Shown here: piece after piece, positions 60,323 to 64,000 of the stretch
How the letters are laid out: each line of letters begins with the position of its first letter
How positions within the stretch are numbered: position 1 is the stretch's first letter
Origin: Mustelus asterias
Taxonomy: Eukaryota
Length of the DNA: 64,000 nt
Reading direction: 5' to 3'
NCBI RefSeq assembly: GCF_964213995.1
Contig: NC_135804.1
Span: 69,316,001 to 69,380,000 of the forward strand
Made by a program: the position numbers and the translations under genes
The notes under the pieces: model-generated
What the model saw: the letters and a program-made list of their open reading frames with translations, nothing else
What the model was told of the DNA's origin: nothing
Database searches by the model: none

Positions 60323-63300
60323 AAAGAACAAAGAACAAAGAACAATGCAGCACAGGAACAGGCCCTTCGGCCCTCCAAGCCCGCGCCGCTCCCTGGTCCA
60401 AACTAGACCATTCTTTTGTATCCCTCCATTCCCACTCCATTCATGTGGCTATCTCGATAAGCCTTAAACTTTCCCAGTGTATCCGCCTCCACCACCTTGC
60501 CCGGCACTGCATTCCAAGCCCCCACCACCCTCTGTGTAAAATACGTCCTGCTGATATGCGTGTTAAATCTCCCCCCGCTCACCTTGAACCTACGACCCCT
60601 CATGAACGTCACCAAAGACCTGGGAAAAAGCTCCCCACCGTTCACCCGATCTATGCCTTTCATAATTTTATACACCTCTATTAGGTCACCCCTCATCCTC
60701 CGTCTTTCCAGTGAGAACAATACCTGTTTACCCAATCTCTCCTCAGAACTATGCCCTTCCATACCAGGCAACATCCTGGTGAAACTCCTCTGCACACTCT
60801 CTAAAGCCTCCACGTCCTTCTGGTAGTCTGGCGACCAGAACTGGGCACAGTATTCCAAAGCGGCCGAACCAACGTTCTATACAAATGCAACATCAGACCC
60901 CAACTTTTATACTCTATGCCCCGTCCTATAAAGGCAAGCATGCCATATGCCTTCTTCACTGCCTTTTCCACTTGAGACGTCACCTTCAAGGATCTGTGGA
61001 CTTGCGTGGACTTGTCTCTCTGCGTATCTACACCCTTTATGGTTCTGCCATTTATCGTGTAGCTCCCCGCTACGTTAGTTCTACCAAAATGCATCACTTC
61101 ACATTTATCTGGATTGAACTCCATCTGCCATTTCTTTGCCCAAATTGCCAGCCTATCTATATCCTTCTGTCGCCTCTGACAATGTTCCTCACTATCTGCA
61201 AGTCCAGCCATTTTCGTGTCATCCGCAAACTTACTGATCACCCCAGTTACACCTTCTTCCAGATCGTTTATATAAATCACAAACAGCAGAGGTCCCAATA
61301 CAGAGCCCTGCGGAACACCACTAGTCACAGGCCTCCAGCCGGAAAAAGACCCTTCCACTACCACCCTCTGTCTTCTGTGACCAAGCCAGTTCTCCACCCA
61401 TCTCGCCACCTCCCCGTTTATCCCATGAGATCCAACCTTTTGCACCAACCTACCATGAGGGACTTTGTCAAACGCTTTACTAAAGTCCATATAGACGACA
61501 TCCACGGCCCTTCCCTCGTCAACCATTCTGGTCACTTCTTCAAAAAACTCCACCAGGTCAGTGAGGCATGACCTCCCTCTCACAAAACCATGCTGACGAT
61601 CGTTAGTGAGTTTGTTCCTTTCTAAATGCGCATACATCCTATCTCTAAGAATCATCTCCAACAACTTCCCGACCATGGACGTCGAGCTCACCGGCCTATA
61701 ATTTCCCGGGTTATCCTTCCTACCCTTCTTAAATAACGGGAGCACATTAGCTGTACTCCAATCCTCTGGGACCTCACCTGTGTCCAGTGACGAGACAAAG
61801 ATTTGGGTCAGAGGCCCAGCGATTTCATCTCTCGTCTCCCTGAGCAGCCTTGGACAGATTCCATCAGGCCCTGGGGATTTGTCAGTCTTTATATTCCCTA
61901 AAAAACCTAACACTTCCTCCCTTGTAATGGAGATTTTCTCTAACGGGTCAACACTCCCCTCCGACACACTCCCAGTCAACACATCCATTTCCTTTGTGAA
62001 TAGCGACGCAAAGTATTCATTTAGGATCTCCCCTACTTCTTTGGGCTCTAAGCATAATTACCCATTTTTGTCCCTGAGAGGTCCGATTTTTTCCCTGACA
62101 ACCATTTTGCTCCTAACGTATGAATAAAATGCCTTGGGATTCTCCTTAATCCTGTCTGCCAAGGAAATTTCGTGACCCCTTTTTGCTCTTCTAATTCCTC
62201 GTTTGAGTTCTTTCCTACTTTCTTTGTATTCCTCCAGAGCTCCCTCCATTTTTACCTGTCTGGGTCTAACGTGCACCACTCTTTTCTGTGTGACCAATCG
62301 CTTAATTTCCCTGGTTATCCACGGTTCTCGAATCCTACCCTTCCTATCCTTCTTTTTTACAGGCACATGCCTATCCTGTAGCCCTAACAACAGTTCCTTA
62401 AAAGACTCCCACATGCCAGATGTGGATTTACCCTCAAACAGCCTCCCCCAATCAACAGCTGCCAAATTCTGCCTAATACCACTAAAGTTAGCCTTCCCCC
62501 AATCCAACACCTTACCCTTGGGACACCACTCATCCTTTTCCATCACTATCCTAAAGCTAACAGAATTGTGGTCACTATTTGCTACATGTTCCCCGACCGA
62601 AACTTTGAAGACCTGACCGGGCTCAGGTCCAGTATAGCCCCCTCTCTAGTCGGGCTATCTCCATATTGTTCCAAAGAACCTTCCTGTACGCATTTTACAA
62701 CTGCCTCCCCATTCCGACTCCCACCCCGACGCTATTTCCAGTCTATGCCAGGGAAATTGAAGTCTCCCACTACAACAACCCTATTTTTCCTGCACCTATC
62801 CGTTATCTCCTGACATATCCGTTCTTCCACTTCCCTTGGGCTGTTGGGGGGCCTGTAGTATACCCCCAACATAGTGACTGCACCCTTCCTGTTGCTGAGC
62901 TCCACCCACAGTGACTCGTTACACGACCCCTCTGGATTGTCCTCCCTCTGCACCGCTGTAATATGCTCTCTAACTACTACTGCTACTCCCCCACCTCTTT
63001 TGGCCCCTCCTCTGTCTCACCTAAAACACTTGTACCCCGGAATATTCAGCTGCCAGTCCTGTCCCTCTTTCAAACAAGTCTCTGTCACTGCAACCACATC
63101 CAAATTCCTCGTAAGCATTAAGGCTCTAAGTTCGTCTGTCTTACCTGCTACGCTCCTTGCATTGAAGTAGATGTACTCCAGACCTCCAGGCCCATTGAGG
63201 TCATCCTCCCCCAGAGTGCTCTTCTTCTTTGCCAGCCTTGTCCTGGCCCCAAGTTCGTCCCCAGCCTCTACACTTGTCGACCTAAATTTTTTGATCCCCA

Positions 63301-63860
63301 CCCCCCTGCCATATTAGTTTAAACCCACCCGGACTGCACTAGCAAAGCTCCCAGCCTGGATATTCGTGCCCTTCCAATTTAGTTGTGACCCATCCTTGTA
63401 CAGGTGCCCTCCTCTCTTGAAAACTTCCCAGTGATCCAGGAATATGAAGACCTCCCTCCTGGACCAGTCCTTTAGCCAAGCGTTCAATTGTCCTATCTCC
63501 CTATTCCTAGCCTCACTGGCCCTAGGCATTGGGAGCAGCCCAGAGATTGCCACTCTGGAGGCCCTACTTTTTAGCCTATTTCCCAACTCCCTGAATTACT
63601 CTCGGAGGATCCCCCTGCTCTTCCTATCTACGTCATTTGCACCAATGTGTACAATGACATCCGTTTCTTTATCCCCCCCTTTTAATATGCCTCTTATCCG
63701 CTCGGAGACATCCAGTACCCCAGCCCCAGGTAGGCAGACTACCATCCTGGAGTCCCATTCCCAGCCACAGAATCGCCTGTCCGTGCCTCTAACCGACGCG
63801 TCCCCCACCACTATTGCTCTCAATTTCAATTTACTCCTTCCAATTGCTCCTTCCAATTTA
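60323..63860 (-). mobile_element. CR1 LINE of another family (ORF1 esterase, endonuclease, RT, TTCTTTG-repeat tail)
   Basis: VVGDASVRGTDRRFCG..CLPGA..VHIGAND, YFNARS, GVYYRPP..VVGDFNFP, RT 60801-61988 and C-terminus 60403-60858; several frameshifts. Confidence 0.95.
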
Positions 63861-64000
63861 CTCCTCTAATTTGCTGTCTTATGTCTTCATATTTCCCCTT
63901 CGTCCATGTAAACGCTTTCCTAGCTTGCCTGATCCTCTCTTTTCCAATGCAAGCATAAAGGAGATAGAGTTGTGATTGCTATCCCCAAGGTGCACTCCCA

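Noticed and set aside
1-64000. CRISPR arrays, operons or prokaryotic defence systems
   Set aside because: No repeat-spacer arrays or prokaryotic gene organisation; the window is vertebrate repeat-rich DNA.

Overview
Eukaryotic, repeat-dominated DNA, most likely from a shark or other cartilaginous fish (HE1-type V-SINEs and their partner CR1 LINEs). Most of the window is retroelement-derived: CR1 LINEs of several ages (two with esterase-type ORF1), Rex1/Babar and Tx1 fragments, tRNA-derived V-SINEs, and a Penelope-like fragment carrying a minimal hammerhead ribozyme. A nested block at 43.3-52.8 kb is a decayed endogenous retrovirus (LTRs, tRNA-Ser-like PBS, RNase H and gamma-type env remnants). 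It contains a hAT-derived insert, and its 3' LTR is split by a SINE, which is split by a near-complete Ty3/Gypsy element, which itself carries a SINE in its integrase. That Gypsy element has no tRNA-type primer binding site; the sequence after its 5' LTR is instead complementary to the LTR itself, suggesting self-priming. The only host-gene signal is a set of minus-strand exon candidates at 53.9-57.7 kb (degenerate Ig V-like exon, transmembrane exon, cytoplasmic microexon), plus a much weaker V-segment/RSS-like relic at 28.6-29.4 kb. All calls come from reading by eye; no searches were run, and boundaries of old repeats are approximate.
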